Source: Neovahlkampfia damariscottae
Taxonomy: Eukaryota
DNA: 49,572 bases
NCBI GenBank assembly: GCA_016618085.1
Contig: JABLTG010000147.1
Span: forward strand, 1-49,572
Reading direction: 5' to 3'
Shown here: positions 36,159-49,299 of the stretch, in pieces
Numbering within the stretch: the first letter of the stretch is position 1
Layout: each line of letters starts with the position of its first letter
Made by a program: the position numbers and the translations under genes
Notes under the pieces: model-generated
Databases searched by the model: none
Seen by the model: the letters and a program-made list of their open reading frames with translations, nothing else
Told to the model about the DNA's origin: nothing

Positions 36159-38298
36159 ATGAGCGATGAACACTTTCAACCTGTGACAGAAGAAATAAAA
36201 GTCAGGCATAGTGTTTCTGATTTGGATAGAAAAAAATTTCTTTCAAATTCAAGAATCTCTTTAGATGAAACAACAAGAAGTACTTCTTTATTTCGAAATA
36301 GAAGTTCTTTGGATTTTGAAAACAGAAAAAGAGAATCAGCTAATATTTCTTTAAATATAACACAACCATCATCAAGAATTATGCAAATATTTAGTCCAAA
36401 AAGAAAAGTTATTCATGTTAGAAATATGTCAAGAAAGAGTTTTGAAAGAAGAGAAGAACCACAAACACCAGAATTTGAATTGCAAGAAAAAAAGAGTTTA
36501 GATGAAAATAGTCATACAGAAGAAGAAGAAATGGAAGATTTACCTGAACTTGAAGAACCAGAAGAGTTATCAACAACTATAGGTCTCAATAACAAAGAAG
36601 ACTCTTTTAGAACATTGTCAAAAAATTATCGTGAAAGATTTCGTTTAGACCCAAGATTTTACTTCTTTTTACATTTGTGTTGGATTATATTTGTTGGTAT
36701 ATTTGGTGGAACTTTAGTTTATCTTTTTGAATTGTCAAACTCTAGAATTACATTTGTTGATTCAATATTTACAACATTCAGTGCTGTTACAGTCACAGGA
36801 TTATTTGTTATAAATTTTCCTGTTTTTCTATTTTCTTCAAAAGTTGTTTGTCTTTGTTGTATTAGTAAGTGAAAAAATGAAATTTTTTTAAATTTATTTT
36901 GAAATCAGTTTTGGGTACAATTACATTAACTAATATACCATTGATGACTTTTCGATGTTATGAAGCTTGGAATAGAATGTGTTTTTTAAGAAGATTGCAT
37001 CCAGAAGTTGTCGAAGCTTACAAAGAAAGAGTTGATAACTCTCCACCACCAACTGATATTGAGTATTTGGCTTATAAAAATTCAATCATTTTATTAATTT
37101 TGGTACAAGCAACTTTTCAAATTTTATCAATTTTTGCACTCGGTTTTTGGCTGACAACTTATTATGCACCAGAACATTTAAATGACAATGATCCTTTATG
37201 GATATCTATATTTTTGACATAGTAAGAATATTTTTAGCATTAAATTCAATTCAAAGTTCTTCATGGGCCAATGCAGGTTTCACATTATTTCCAGATAATT
37301 TGACACGATTTAAATTGGATTTGATCATTAATGTCATCATTTATGTAATGGCTTTATGTGGAAATACATTATTTCCATTTATTTATAGAATGGTTATCGA
37401 ATTTGCTGCTAGAATTCCATCTGGAAATCAAGTAGTTTATAAGTTTATTTTGGATCACCATCATCGAATGACTATTCATTGTTTTCCGTCAACACAAACA
37501 AAAGTATATGTTATTATCAATTTCTCACTTCAATTGTTGGGATTATTCACATTTTTAATAATGGAATATGGAAAAGATGTTTTAGAAGGTGATGTTATCT
37601 CAAAACTTACTATTGCACTATTTCATGCTGGTTCCACCAGAACATCTGGTTTTAATACAATTGATCTTTCAAAATTGTCAATTGTTACTTTGTCAATTTA
37701 TATATTGATGATGAGAATCAAACCTCAAATGTTATGTGCTTTGAATGAAAGAGAAGATGAAATTCATAAAATTGCTCATGATGATTATAGACTTGAAAAA
37801 ATCCGAAGAGCTGCTCAAGAATTTGAAGAACAAGAATCAAGAGGATATGAAATTAAACCAAAAAACTTTGATAGAGGAGACTCATTTATTGAATCAACCA
37901 TTGAAAGTTTTAAAGAATTAACAAATCGAAATTTCATCAAAGCATTTGGAGAGAGTTGGTTAGATGCTTTGAATACATTTATTTCAGAATCTATTTCACA
38001 TTTGAGTGAACCAAATATTTGGTTGGGAATTGTAATGATCCTCATTGCTGGATTTGAAAGAATTCAATTAATGGAAGATAACACCAATTTCACATTCTTT
38101 AAAATATTCTTTGAAGTTTCAAGTGCATTTGGAAATGTTGGATTATCCATTGGTTATCCTGGTATCAGTTCAAGTTTTTCTTCTGTCTTTTCTGATGCAT
38201 CTAAAATTTTAATTATCTTTGTTATGATAATGGGAAGACATAGAGGATTATTTGGTGCAATGGAAGATCAAAATGTTGATTTTGTTATTGATATGTAA
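36159..38298 (+). CDS. Trk/HKT-family cation transporter
   Basis: Pore motifs SAVTVTGL, SSWANAGF, STRTSGF, FEVSSAFGNVGLSIG; GRHRG. Confidence 0.9.
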
Positions 38299-38306
38299 AT
38301 AAAAAT

Positions 38307-39406
38307 TTATTTCGCAACGTATGTTTTAATTTTATCACCTTTTACATAACGACATTCAAGCATTTCTCTGTACAAAGCAATATAAAATGGTGTTTCATCA
38401 TGTAAATAAGAATCACCTAATAATTTTGTCATATGTTTTGTTGCTTCTTGTGCATGATAATGTGGAATTTGATGAAAGAAATGATGACAAACATGAGTAT
38501 CTGAAATGTGATGTAAAAGTCCATTAAATATTCCATAATCTCTGTCAATTGTTTGAACTGCACCTTTTACAAAATTCCATTCTGAATGTTTGTAATAGAT
38601 AATGTCTTTTGAAGTATGTTGAAGAAATGTAATTGTAACTAACCAAGCATTCACCCATAAATATGGAATAAAGTAATATAAAAGCATTGATTTAAAACCT
38701 AATTGAAATGTCATGTAAATTAATCCAGAAATCATCAATAAAACTCCAATGTTTGATAAAATGATTAATTTTCTATGTCTTGGTTTGAAAATTGGTGATT
38801 CAGGTTCAAAGTGATTTGCACGAAGATGTTTGAATTGCGCATTAGAAGAAGCATTCGCAATTAAGTAGTATGGCCATCCAATTAATAAAACAACAATTGT
38901 TAAAAGTAAATTTCCAATTGGTGTTTCTGTGAATGACTCAATGAATGATTCTTTTGCTGAATCAATTTCTTGTGGTACAAACACTTCATCTCTATCAAAG
39001 TTTCCAGTGTACGCATGATGTGAAGCATGTGAAATTTTCCAAGCAAAATATGGTACCAACAAAAATGAATGACAAAACCAGCCAACTTCAAAAATTGAAT
39101 ATAATTTTAACTAGGTTTACCTGTATCGTTGATAAGTGTTGAAGGTGAAAATGCTTGATGTCCACATTCATGGGCTAAAACCCAAACTCCTGTCATGATG
39201 ACACCTTGTGCAAATGTCCAGAGAAACCAAATAATTGGTTGTAAAGACTTTGGAGCTAATGAGATGTATCCGGATAAATAGTACAACAAAGCAATAATTG
39301 AAATATCACCGAGCAAGTATGAAAATGAAGTGAGATTGCTTTTTTCAAAACAATGAGCAGGTATAGAGTCTCTCAATTGTTGTTTTGTTATTTCAGTTTT
39401 AGACAT
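38307..39406 (-). CDS. FAD2: Delta-12 (omega-6) fatty acid desaturase
   Basis: IPAHCF, HECGH, HASHH, TFLQH, HVCHH; 1 intron. Confidence 0.92.
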
Positions 39407-39672
39407 TCGGTTAAAATTTGATTGGTCAATTGCCTTCGATTTTGGCTTCTAAATATATTAGTTTTTTTGTATCTCACAGAAAGATTACCTCTGGTCTTCT
39501 TGCAGTTTTTCTGCTAAATTTCTTTCTAACTTCGGTTCTTGTTCAGTGATTCGGGATCACACTTTCAAACTGTATAGCAAAGGATCAAGAATAAAAGGAG
39601 TATGTTCAAATTTTTGATATTCAAATTTTTTTTTTGACATATTTAACGTTAATTTTTACTCTCCAATCATTG

Positions 39673-41794
39673 ATGAGCTTTCTATTCAAACCCAAAGCAC
39701 GCTGTTTTGGGCGAGACATTGATAAACTTGTTTCACTTGAAAGAAAAACGTTTAATAGGCAGTATGATGAAATACCTATACATCTCATGATGGCAGTAGA
39801 AATACTACAAAAACAAAAATTAAAAAAAGGTTTGAAAAAAAAAAATGAAATTTGTTTCAGGAATTTTTCGAGTGTCTGGAAGTGTAAAAGTGATAAAAAT
39901 ATTCAAAGAAATCTGTGATTCACATAAATTTGATCCTGAATTATTCAAAAATGAATTAGAAAGAGAAGCAATTAGAACAGAAGGCCAACACTCACTAGCA
40001 AGTTTCATTAAACAATACTTATTAAATTTACCTGATCCAATCATTTCATATTCAGATTATCCAAAATTTGTTTCTGTTTCAAAAATAGATGATGAAAAAA
40101 AAAGACTTCAAAATTTAAAACAACTTGTAAAAAATTTATCCAATCCAAGAAGAAAAACTTTGAAAAAAATGATAAAGTTATTTCATATTATACAATTAAA
40201 ATCAGAAGAAACGAGTATGGATGCAAAAAATTTAGCTATTGCTGTTTCAGGTTCATGCATTAGAACAAAGAAAATTGACACTAAGTCCATTCAAAAAAAT
40301 ATGGATACTTTATTACTTGTTCAAAAATGTTTTGTGAGTTTAATTTTGAATTATGAAATGATATTTGATGATCAAATTGAAGTAGAATATTATAAAGTCG
40401 AAATTATTCCTTCTTCACTTACTCCAACTGATTTGTCAGATAAAAAAGAAGAAAAATTAATTGAAATTGTTGAAAAAAATGAACAAAAAGAAAAAGAAAG
40501 AGAAATTACATTAAAAAGAGAAACATATGAAGAAATACTCGAAATAAAACAAGATGATAAAAATCTAGAAGAATTTACTGAAGATGATGAAGATTCAATC
40601 AGTTCAAAAGTTGATTTGATTGAAACTTTTCTTGTTGATATTGTTTCAACAAAACGGACTCCAAAAAAAGATTTTCCACTTAAAATTCGAATGGCAATAT
40701 CAGAAAAAAGTATGAAGGAAGATGTCAAATGCAATATCAATTCAATGACAGAAAATTGTCTGTCAAATGAAGATTTGAAGAGAAAATTATCTTTTCATGA
40801 CGAGTATGATTCAACAGCTAATGATTATGAAGATTCTCCTTATGTTGGAGAATCATTGAATGAAGATTCAATTGAAATTGTACATAAAATTGAAGAAAAA
40901 AAAGAACATGAATTTATTGAGTTAGAGGTGAAAGAAGATTCTGAATTGAAAAAAGAAAGTAATGAAATGTCAAATGATGAATCTTTGGATTCTGAAAATT
41001 CAGAAAATAAACCAAATACTTCTTTTGAAGAAGAAATGCATGAACTTAATGTAGAACACAAAATTTTAGAAAATTCAAAATCATCTGTTAAAGAAGAATC
41101 TGAAACACTATCTTCTTTATTGGAGATCAATCTCGAATCAAAGGATGTTAATAATGATTTGGATGAAAAAAAAATCGATAGAAGAATTAAGATTGATGAA
41201 GAATGCCAACTTTTGGACTCAATGGATTTGGATCCAACTTTAAAAGCTGAATTGGTTGAAAAATTAAACAATATCAACTTGGAAACTCATATAGAAGATT
41301 TGGAATTATTCACTACTCGTTCATTCGAAGAGGAAATGTTAAATTCTCCAAGATTCCAAGATATTTTATGTGATGCTTGTGGTGAATATGAATGTAATAT
41401 ATATTGTCAAATTTGTCAAGAATACCAATGCAAAGAATGTGCTATTCAACTACATCTCCCAAAAAAGAAAAAACAACATTTAGATTCGTTCTTGTCTCCT
41501 CTTGAACATCAAAATGAAAATCAGCAAATGCACTGCACAATTCATAATGAAAAATTGAAATTAATTTGTTTCACTTGTGACAAATTGATTTGCTTTTCAT
41601 GTGTCATTCATGGATTTGGAACTCATTTTAATCATGAAACAGAATCTATTTTTGAAGCACAAACAGAGCATTTCAAAGAAAATATTTCAAAGGAATCATT
41701 TTTGTTAGATCAAGAAGATAGATTATTTCGTTTTCTGGAAGAAAAAGTTGAAAAAATTATGAAAAATTCAGAAGTAAAGGGAAAAGAAAGTTAA
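39673..41794 (+). CDS. RhoGAP with acidic linker and two B-box zinc fingers
   Basis: GIFRVSG arginine finger, KQYLLNLPDP, MDAKNLAI; CDAC..CQIC..CKEC..H and CTIH..CFTC..CFSC..H..H. Confidence 0.88.
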
Positions 41795-41839
41795 AATGTC
41801 ATTATTTGGATGAACTTTGTCTTGTTATCTTTTTTTTTC

Positions 41840-41958
41840 GCTTACGGCCATACTTAGGAGAATACACCGCATCCCGTCCGATTTGCGAAGTTAAGCTCCT
41901 ACAGGCTCTCCTAGTACTAGGGTGGGAGACCACCTGGGAACCGGGAGTGTTGTAAGCT
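41840..41958 (+). rRNA. 5S rRNA: 5S rRNA, copy 2
   Basis: Identical to the reverse complement of 1331-1449. Confidence 0.97.
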
Positions 41959-41970
41959 TTTTCATTTTTT
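41958..41970 (+). terminator. Pol III oligo-T terminator (T5-CA-T6)
   Basis: TTTTTCATTTTTT at the 5S 3' end; the same in copy 1. Confidence 0.8.
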
Positions 41971-42056
41971 CTAGAAATAAAAGAAAATAAATTCTTGTAG
42001 AAATATTGGACTACAAAGTGTTGGAAAGTTGACACGAAACCGACCAATAAGATTGA

Positions 42057-43298
42057 ATGTTGAGACAAACAGAAAGTTTCTACCAAACTTCATCACTTTT
42101 TTCAAAGGTGGTTTGTAGTAATCAACAAAGTCTTTTTGATATAGTTTGTGACCATGAAATGATGCTCATATTTCTCCCAGATGCCACTTCAAAATTCTCC
42201 GTAGAAAAATTGGAAGATATACAAAAAAATCAAAAAGAACTATTGAAATTAAATGTTGTACCAGTTGTTATATTCATGAAAGGAGATTCAGAAGAACTTG
42301 TTTTTTGGTTTAAAAAACTTTTAACCAAAGTCATTTATGTCACATCCAACCAAGAATTGATAAAAAATAATTTTGAAACAAAAGAAGATTGTTGTTCTAT
42401 CTATCATATACGTGAATTGAATACTGTGAAATTTATTCATGTTTCAGAAAATGACCAAAAAATTGATTTCAAAATCTTCACTATCAATCCTCATGAAAGA
42501 GCAAAAAAAGATAAATATCGGTCTGTAGTTTGGGGACGTACGTCAAAAAGGGACACAAAATCAAGATTTAGTTATACTTGTCACTTTGAGGTTTTTGTTG
42601 AAAAAGAAGTGGTTCTTATTGAAGGAACACCTAGAATTAGAGATTTTACAGAATTATCTCCTACATCATCTCCTATTAAATTATTAAATCAACTAAAAAG
42701 AAAAAGTCAACAAGAAAGACAAGAAAGAAATAATGAATCTAAACTTGTCAATCAAATCAAAAGGAAAAGTCAAAAATTATTGAAATCTATTACCCCACAA
42801 TATGATAGTACTATTAGTCAAAATAGCAGTAATTGTGATGATGACGAAAATCAATTAGAAAATAAATTATCAACTGTAGAATTAACGGGGATTAAAAAAT
42901 TAAGTTTAGAAGATATTTTAAATGAACCTATTTATTTTGAATTCATCAAGGCATTTTCTTCAATGGAATATGCATCAGAAAGTTTCATTTTTTATGAAGA
43001 AGTCAATATTTTGAAATCAATCATTGAATTTGAAGAAAGAAAAAGATTTGTTGAAGATATGATTGGTTTATTTATTACACCTAATACAGACAGTGTTTTA
43101 GAGTTAAATATATCTCAAATTGATCGTGAAAATCTATACAACAAATTTCATTTACAAAAAGAAAACAAAAAAATTGAAGATGATATTTTTTCTGATTTAG
43201 TAAAAGTTATTGTCAAATATTCAATTGAAGATACTTATACAAGATTTATTTTATCAGATTTATATAAACAAATGATGGCAATAAATCTTTCCCTTTAA
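42057..43298 (+). CDS. RGS-domain protein with a degenerate thioredoxin-like N-terminus
   Basis: LEDILNEP..FSSMEYASESFIFYEEV..LELNIS..DTYTRF. Confidence 0.82.
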   Translation: MLRQTESFYQTSSLFSKVVCSNQQSLFDIVCDHEMMLIFLPDATSKFSVEKLEDIQKNQKELLKLNVVPVVIFMKGDSEELVFWFKKLLTKVIYVTSNQELIKNNFETKEDCCSIYHIRELNTVKFIHVSENDQKIDFKIFTINPHERAKKDKYRSVVWGRTSKRDTKSRFSYTCHFEVFVEKEVVLIEGTPRIRDFTELSPTSSPIKLLNQLKRKSQQERQERNNESKLVNQIKRKSQKLLKSITPQYDSTISQNSSNCDDDENQLENKLSTVELTGIKKLSLEDILNEPIYFEFIKAFSSMEYASESFIFYEEVNILKSIIEFEERKRFVEDMIGLFITPNTDSVLELNISQIDRENLYNKFHLQKENKKIEDDIFSDLVKVIVKYSIEDTYTRFILSDLYKQMMAINLSL

Positions 43299-43329
43299 AA
43301 AATAATCCAATCAAAATCACTGAACAAAA

Positions 43330-45361
43330 ATGCATAAATATAAAAAAATAAAAAAATTAGGATCAGGTAATTCTATAAAACTAAACAAAAAGGTGGTCAA
43401 GGTCATGTTTATCTTGTTCAGGATGAAAAAACTGAAAAATTTTTCGCTGAAAAAACCATTATTTGTCAAAATTCAGAGGAATTGAATTACGCGCTTTTAG
43501 AAGCACAAGCACTTTTAAAATTACAACATAGATCAATTGTAGGATGTGAATTATTCTATATTGATCAAAAATATGAACAAGAAACAACTTACGTTTGTAT
43601 TGTTTGTGAATACTGCGAAAGTGGTTCATTACAAAAAATTATAAATATCAAAAGAAATAAAAAAGAAATTGTACCAAAAAATGATATACTAAAATGGATT
43701 GAACAAATTACTTATGGTATCATGTATTGTCATCAAAAGAATTGTTTACATCGTGACTTAAAACCAGCAAATATCTTTTTAAGAAATATTAATAAAAAAG
43801 AAACTGAAATTAAAATTGGTATGATTTTTGATTTCATTGAAATGTTTTATCAGGTGATTTTGGATTTGCTAAAACTTTAGTTGATTCAAAATTTACAAAT
43901 ACAACTCTTGGTACTCAATTTTATTCTGCTCCTGAAATTAGAAGAAATTTACCTTATAATCATAAAATCGATATTTGGGGTATTGGAATTATTCTATTGG
44001 ATTTGTTATTACCAGAAGTTTGATTTTCTTGAAATTAATTTTCTTCAAAACAGACATTGGATTTTGCTTATGAATTCGCATTGAATAAAGATGACATTCT
44101 GAAAGAAGTTGAAAAAAGATATGATAAAGAAATGTCAAATTTTGTTCAATTTTTAGTTCAATTAGATCAAGAAAAAAGACCAACTACAAATGAAATATTG
44201 AATTATATTCGTTCAATGGATTCAACAGATAATTATCAAATAGAAAAAGAAGAAATAAATGAAAGTTCATTTTTGAAAAATGAAAAAGAGTTAAGAGATG
44301 AAAATTTACAATTGAAATTGAAATGTGAAGAATGTAAGTAAATGAATATATTTATAACTATTTCTTCAAAAAAAAAAGTGAAAAGGATTAATGAATTGAA
44401 AGATGAAGAAATATTTATTTTGAATATGGAACTAGAAGAAAAGAAAAATGAAATTTTGAATTCTAATAATACCCCTTCAAAAGAGTCACAAGGATCTTTA
44501 TTTGAGTCATTATTTGGAATTAAAACTCAAAACAAAGAGTTAATAAGTCCAAAGGAAATTACTATTGACAATCAAAGAGAACCAATCAAAGGAGCTCTTT
44601 TTGATGTAATATTTGCGACTTGGAAATCAAAAGAATTTGGAACTACTTTAAATGTTGTATTAAAGACTGTTTATTATTTGAATAAATCAAATCCAACATT
44701 AGAAGATTTCAAAATGACAGTTCAATATGATCGTTTGAAGAGTTTGAATGAATGTAAAGGATTTGAAATAACTCATGGTATTGTTGAGTTATATTCAACG
44801 TATTATCTTGTCGCTGAATCATTATCAGGAGGTAATCTTAGAAATATTTTATTGAATCAAAATATTGAATTGAATTTTAAACAAAAATTGAAAATTTCTT
44901 TTCAAATTGCTAATACATTAATGTACTTGCATACTCAAGAGAAACCTTTAGTTTTTAGTGCATTAAAATCAAATTTGATTCTTTTGAATGAAAAAAATGA
45001 AGCAAAACTCACATGTACATATTTTATTAAATTAGCAGATTCATTCTCTTCTAATTCATCATTAGCTTGGATTTATAAATCACCTGAGATTTTATACCCA
45101 GAAGAGAATCTTAAATATGGTACTGAAGATGAGATATATGCATTTTCAATAATTCTTTGGGAATTATATTTCAGACAACCATTGAAATATCTGAGAAATC
45201 TCCCACCTAAACATTATAGACCATCTATCCCAGAAAATGAAATAAAAGATAAAAGAGAATTAGAATTCATTTCAATAATAAAAGAATGTTGGGATGATAA
45301 CAGAAGTTCAAGACCAACTGCAAAAAATTTAGTATATCGTTTTGGTAAATTAATGAAATAA
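43330..45361 (+). CDS. NEK-like kinase + coiled coil + pseudokinase domain
   Basis: GSGGQG (across a 26-nt intron), HRDLKPANIF, GDFG, APE. The second kinase fold lacks HRD and DFG. Confidence 0.82.
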
Positions 45362-45394
45362 TCAAAAGTAGAATAGGTTCTTTTATATTTTCCA

Positions 45395-46436
45395 TCACCA
45401 ATAAATTGTATTTTGATTATTTAAACATCTCCATAAAGAAATTGTTTTTGAAAATGTTGATCCAATGTTTCCAATAAATATCTCAGCTCTTGTGCATAAA
45501 ATCATATCAATCATTGCCAATTCAATTGAATTGAAATTTTCATCTTCTTTTTCTGAATATCTAATCAAAGAGTCATTTGGAAAATTAAATTTGAATTGTT
45601 TAATTTCATCTTCTTTTGATGATAAGTTTGAAGCTATAAAAACAGTTTTTAAATCATTTAAATTCATTTGATGTTTAATATCTTTTGAACAAGTCTCTAC
45701 TGATGGCCAAATTGATTCAAAATCAACAATAAATAACTTTGTAAAATTGAATGAATCTTTATGATAAAAATCTTTATAAATTTGAAAATCACCTCTTCTA
45801 AAATGAAAAGCAATATATTTTTGATCATTTAACTGATTATAATAATAATCTGATTTTAAAATATATTTAGGATTTGGTTGTATATTTTTTGTTATTTCTA
45901 ATCTTTTTTCTTCTAAAGTATAATCCATTATATTGAATATAAAATTAAAACATAATACTTCATCTTTTATATTTTTGAATAAATCCAATATTGATTCTTC
46001 ACTTTGCACATCTTCAAGTTTAAAATTAATTTCTGTTTCAAAAGAAAATCCAAAATGTTGGAAATATGCTAAATCTTTGACAGTAGCTTTAATACCAGGA
46101 AAATTATCAATAAACTTATCATAATAGAATTCAGGTCTTTTGTAAATTATATATATATTTTTACCTGTAAGTCAATTCAAAACAGTGCAAATTTTTAAAT
46201 TTTTTTTTTGGAAATTTTTCGATGAAATTTTTCATTTGAATAACCTTATAGTTACTATCAGATGATATTGTATAATGGTCCGTTATAGGACCCGAAATTG
46301 GTTGATCATGTTGCGCGCTTATAGATGGAATGACTACCGTTCTATTCAATAGAATTCCGAAATGAATAGCTTCAATAAATCCTAAATATTGATTATTTAA
46401 TCCACCTACTGGTTGATAGAGCAAATAATTTGTCAT
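45395..46436 (-). CDS. GDP-fucose O-fucosyltransferase-like protein (1 intron)
   Basis: GGLNNQ, LLNRTVVIP, HFRRGDF, VFIAS, DMILC..FIGNIGSTFS. Confidence 0.82.
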
Positions 46437-46509
46437 GAAAATTCCAGTTTCTTTTTATATAAAATACACCAATCATCTGAAATAACCAATCAGAATAATT
46501 TAATCTTCA
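46437..46509. promoter_or_regulatory. 73-bp bidirectional promoter with two CCAAT boxes
   Basis: ACCAATCA with CCAAT at 46469 and 46486, between divergent ATGs. Confidence 0.7.
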
Positions 46510-47865
46510 ATGAGCACAAACCTTAATGTTGAAGATAAAATAAAATTATCATTGAAGAGGTCTTATCAATTATTTAAAAATGCACCTTATACACCTTATA
46601 TAGATCAACCATCACAGAAATTAAAAATTTCAACCAAATTTCAAGACGAATACTCAAAGGTTATTGAAAGAAAAAAAAAAACAGAAGAATTAAGAATAGA
46701 AGATGTAAAAGATGATGAAATATCAAATATTATAACAAAAACACACCAAGAAAAACAAGAAAAAAGAGAAAAAGAAAATAAAACCAATGCTTTAGTTTTG
46801 AGAAGTGATTTCTTGGAAGAAAAACATCAAGATAAAGCACTAACATTAATTGAACAAAGAAAAAGATTAGAAGAAGGTCAAAAACCTGAATGGCATGCTC
46901 CTTGGAAAATTATGAGAGTTATAAGTGGACATACAGGTCATGTAAGAGCTTTAGCAGTTGATCCTTCAAATGAATGGTTTATAACAGGTTCAGTTGATAG
47001 AACTATCAAAGTATTTGACTTAGCTTCTGGTACTTTAAAACTTACACTTACAGGACATGCAAGTACAATTCGTGGATTAGCAATATCTCATTCACGACCT
47101 TATTTCTTTTCAGTTGGTGAAGATAAAATGGTAAAATGTTGGGATTTAGAAGTAAATAAATGTATAAAACATTATCATGGTCATTTGTCTGCAGTTTATA
47201 CAGTTGCAGTTCATCCAACTTTAGATTTAATAGCAACAGGAGGAAGAGATGCATCTGTAAGATTATGGGATATACGTTCAAAAAAACAAGTTCATTTATT
47301 AACAGGACATGATGCAACTGTTTGTTCTGTTGTTGCTCAAGGGTATGAACCACAAATCATATCAGGTGCAATGGATTCAACAGTTAGATGTTGGGATATT
47401 GTTGCAGGAAAAGTTAGAACAGTTTTAACAAATCATAAAAAATCAATTAGAAGTTTAGCAATACATCCAAGTGAATATACATTTGCATCTGCTGCACCAG
47501 ATCATATTAAAAAATGGAAAAGTCCAGATGGTAATTTCTTAATGAATTTTAATGGACATAATTCAATTATTAATTCAATTTCAATTAATAATGAAAATGT
47601 TATGTTTTCTGGAGGTGATGATGGAAGTGTTCATTTTTGGGATTGGAAAACTGGTTATAATTTTCAAAAAACAAAAACAATTCCACAACCTGGTTCATTA
47701 GATTCAGAAGCAGGTATTTATTGTTCTACTTTTGATATGAGTGGTTCAAGATTAATTACAGGTGAAGCTGATAAATCAATCAAAATTTGGAAAGAAGATG
47801 AAAAAGCAACACCAGAAACTCATCCAATTGATTATAAACCTGATAAAAATCCAAAGAGATATTAA
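46510..47865 (+). CDS. PLRG1: Pleiotropic regulator 1 / Prp46
   Basis: [15 protein letters not shown] repeats, [18 protein letters not shown]. Confidence 0.97.
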   Translation: MSTNLNVEDKIKLSLKRSYQLFKNAPYTPYIDQPSQKLKISTKFQDEYSKVIERKKKTEELRIEDVKDDEISNIITKTHQEKQEKREKENKTNALVLRSDFLEEKHQDKALTLIEQRKRLEEGQKPEWHAPWKIMRVISGHTGHVRALAVDPSNEWFITGSVDRTIKVFDLASGTLKLTLTGHASTIRGLAISHSRPYFFSVGEDKMVKCWDLEVNKCIKHYHGHLSAVYTVAVHPTLDLIATGGRDASVRLWDIRSKKQVHLLTGHDATVCSVVAQGYEPQIISGAMDSTVRCWDIVAGKVRTVLTNHKKSIRSLAIHPSEYTFASAAPDHIKKWKSPDGNFLMNFNGHNSIINSISINNENVMFSGGDDGSVHFWDWKTGYNFQKTKTIPQPGSLDSEAGIYCSTFDMSGSRLITGEADKSIKIWKEDEKATPETHPIDYKPDKNPKRY

Positions 47866-47931
47866 ATGTTTTTAAAATTACACAACTCTCATTCTATACC
47901 CAATTATAAGAAAATTGAAAAAAAAAGTTGT

Positions 47932-49299
47932 TTATTGTTCATATTGAATAACAGCAGCAGCACCCATTCCTGAACCAATGCACATTGAAATGACTCCATA
48001 TTTTGAATTTCTTTTTTTCATTTCGTTTAATAAAGTTGCAACTTGTCTAGCACCTGTACAACCTAATGGATGACCAAGAGCCATAGCACCTCCATTAACA
48101 TTAACTTTTTCATAATCAATACCTAATGATTCAACTGAATAACCAAATTGTGATGCAAATGCTTCGTTAATTTCCCATAAATCAATATCTTTAACTTTGA
48201 GACCAGCTTTTTCAAGAGCAACTGGAATAGCAACAGCTGGACCAATACCCATAATATTTGGATCACATCCTTTAACAGCATACGAAACGAGTGAACCCAT
48301 AATTTTTAAACCTAATTTTTGAGCTGTTGATCTTTTCATTACAAGCATAGCACTAGCACCATCTGAAACTTGACTTGAATTTCCAGCAGTTGTTGATCCA
48401 TCTTTTTTAAAAACAGCACGAAGTTTTGCAAGACCTTCTTTTGTTGTTGGTCTTGGACCTTCATCATCTTTAACAATAACTTCTTTTTCTTCACCAGTTT
48501 TTGGATCTTTTACAATTGTTTTAACAGGAACAATTTCATCTACGAATTTTCCTTCTTTTTGTGCTTTAAGAGCTCTTTTTTAAATTTAATACTCTCATTT
48601 TTTATTTTACCTTTGTTGTGAAGTAAAAGCATAATAATCTTGTTGTTCTCTTGAAATATTGAATTTTTTAGCAACATTTTCTGAAGTTAAACCCATAGGA
48701 AGATAACATCCTTTTGAGTTATGGTATTTCATTGCGTCCATGTTGATTTGTTTTTGCATTGCTTTTTGAACAGCAGCAAAAGTTCCATGTGACATAGATT
48801 CAACACCTCCAGCAATACCAACTTCATACATTCCTGATGAAATAGCAGCAGCAACATTTGCGAGTGCTTGAAGTCCAGAAGAACTTTAAAAATTAGACTT
48901 TTTTTTTTTTTTTAAGTACCATTGTCTGTTTACAACTGTACATGGTACTGAATCTGGAAATCCTGCTAAGAGTGAAGCAATACGAACTTGAGTTGCTCCC
49001 ATTGATCCGTCTTCTAAAACTTTACCTACGACAATATCTCCGACAATGGATGGGTCAATCTTTGTTGTTTCCAAAATATGACGAAGAACTGGTTCTAATA
49101 ATTTGTCAGTTGGTGTATTTCTGAAGTTTCCTTTTCCTGCTCTTGCGATAGCAGTTCTTACAGGGCAAACAATAACAATATCATCTGATTTCTTTCCTGA
49201 TGATGAAGTATCATTTTTTGATAAAATAGTTTCATTAACAGATTCTTTTGGTTTGAGTTGTTTCATTAAAACATCAATTCTTTTGTCGCTTTTGTCCAT
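47932..49299 (-). CDS. ACAA1: Peroxisomal 3-ketoacyl-CoA thiolase with PTS2
   Basis: NRQCSSG (across an intron), NEAFA, GHPLG, CIGSG; N-terminal RIDVLMKQL fits the PTS2 consensus. Confidence 0.95.

Larger units (their letters stand above)
41839..42027 (+). repeat. 189-bp 5S + trailer cassette, copy 2
   Basis: Inverted copy of 1262-1450. Confidence 0.95.

Noticed and set aside
39430..39560. Possible upstream exon of the delta-12 desaturase
   Set aside because: The frame joining FAD2 has a TGA and no ATG; the CCAAT at 39421 supports the 39406 start.
40390..41277. Long antisense ORFs within RhoGAP and other genes
   Set aside because: Shadow frames of E/K-rich coding sequence.
41800..42060. 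Target-site duplication around the 5S cassettes
   Set aside because: No convincing direct repeat flanks either copy.
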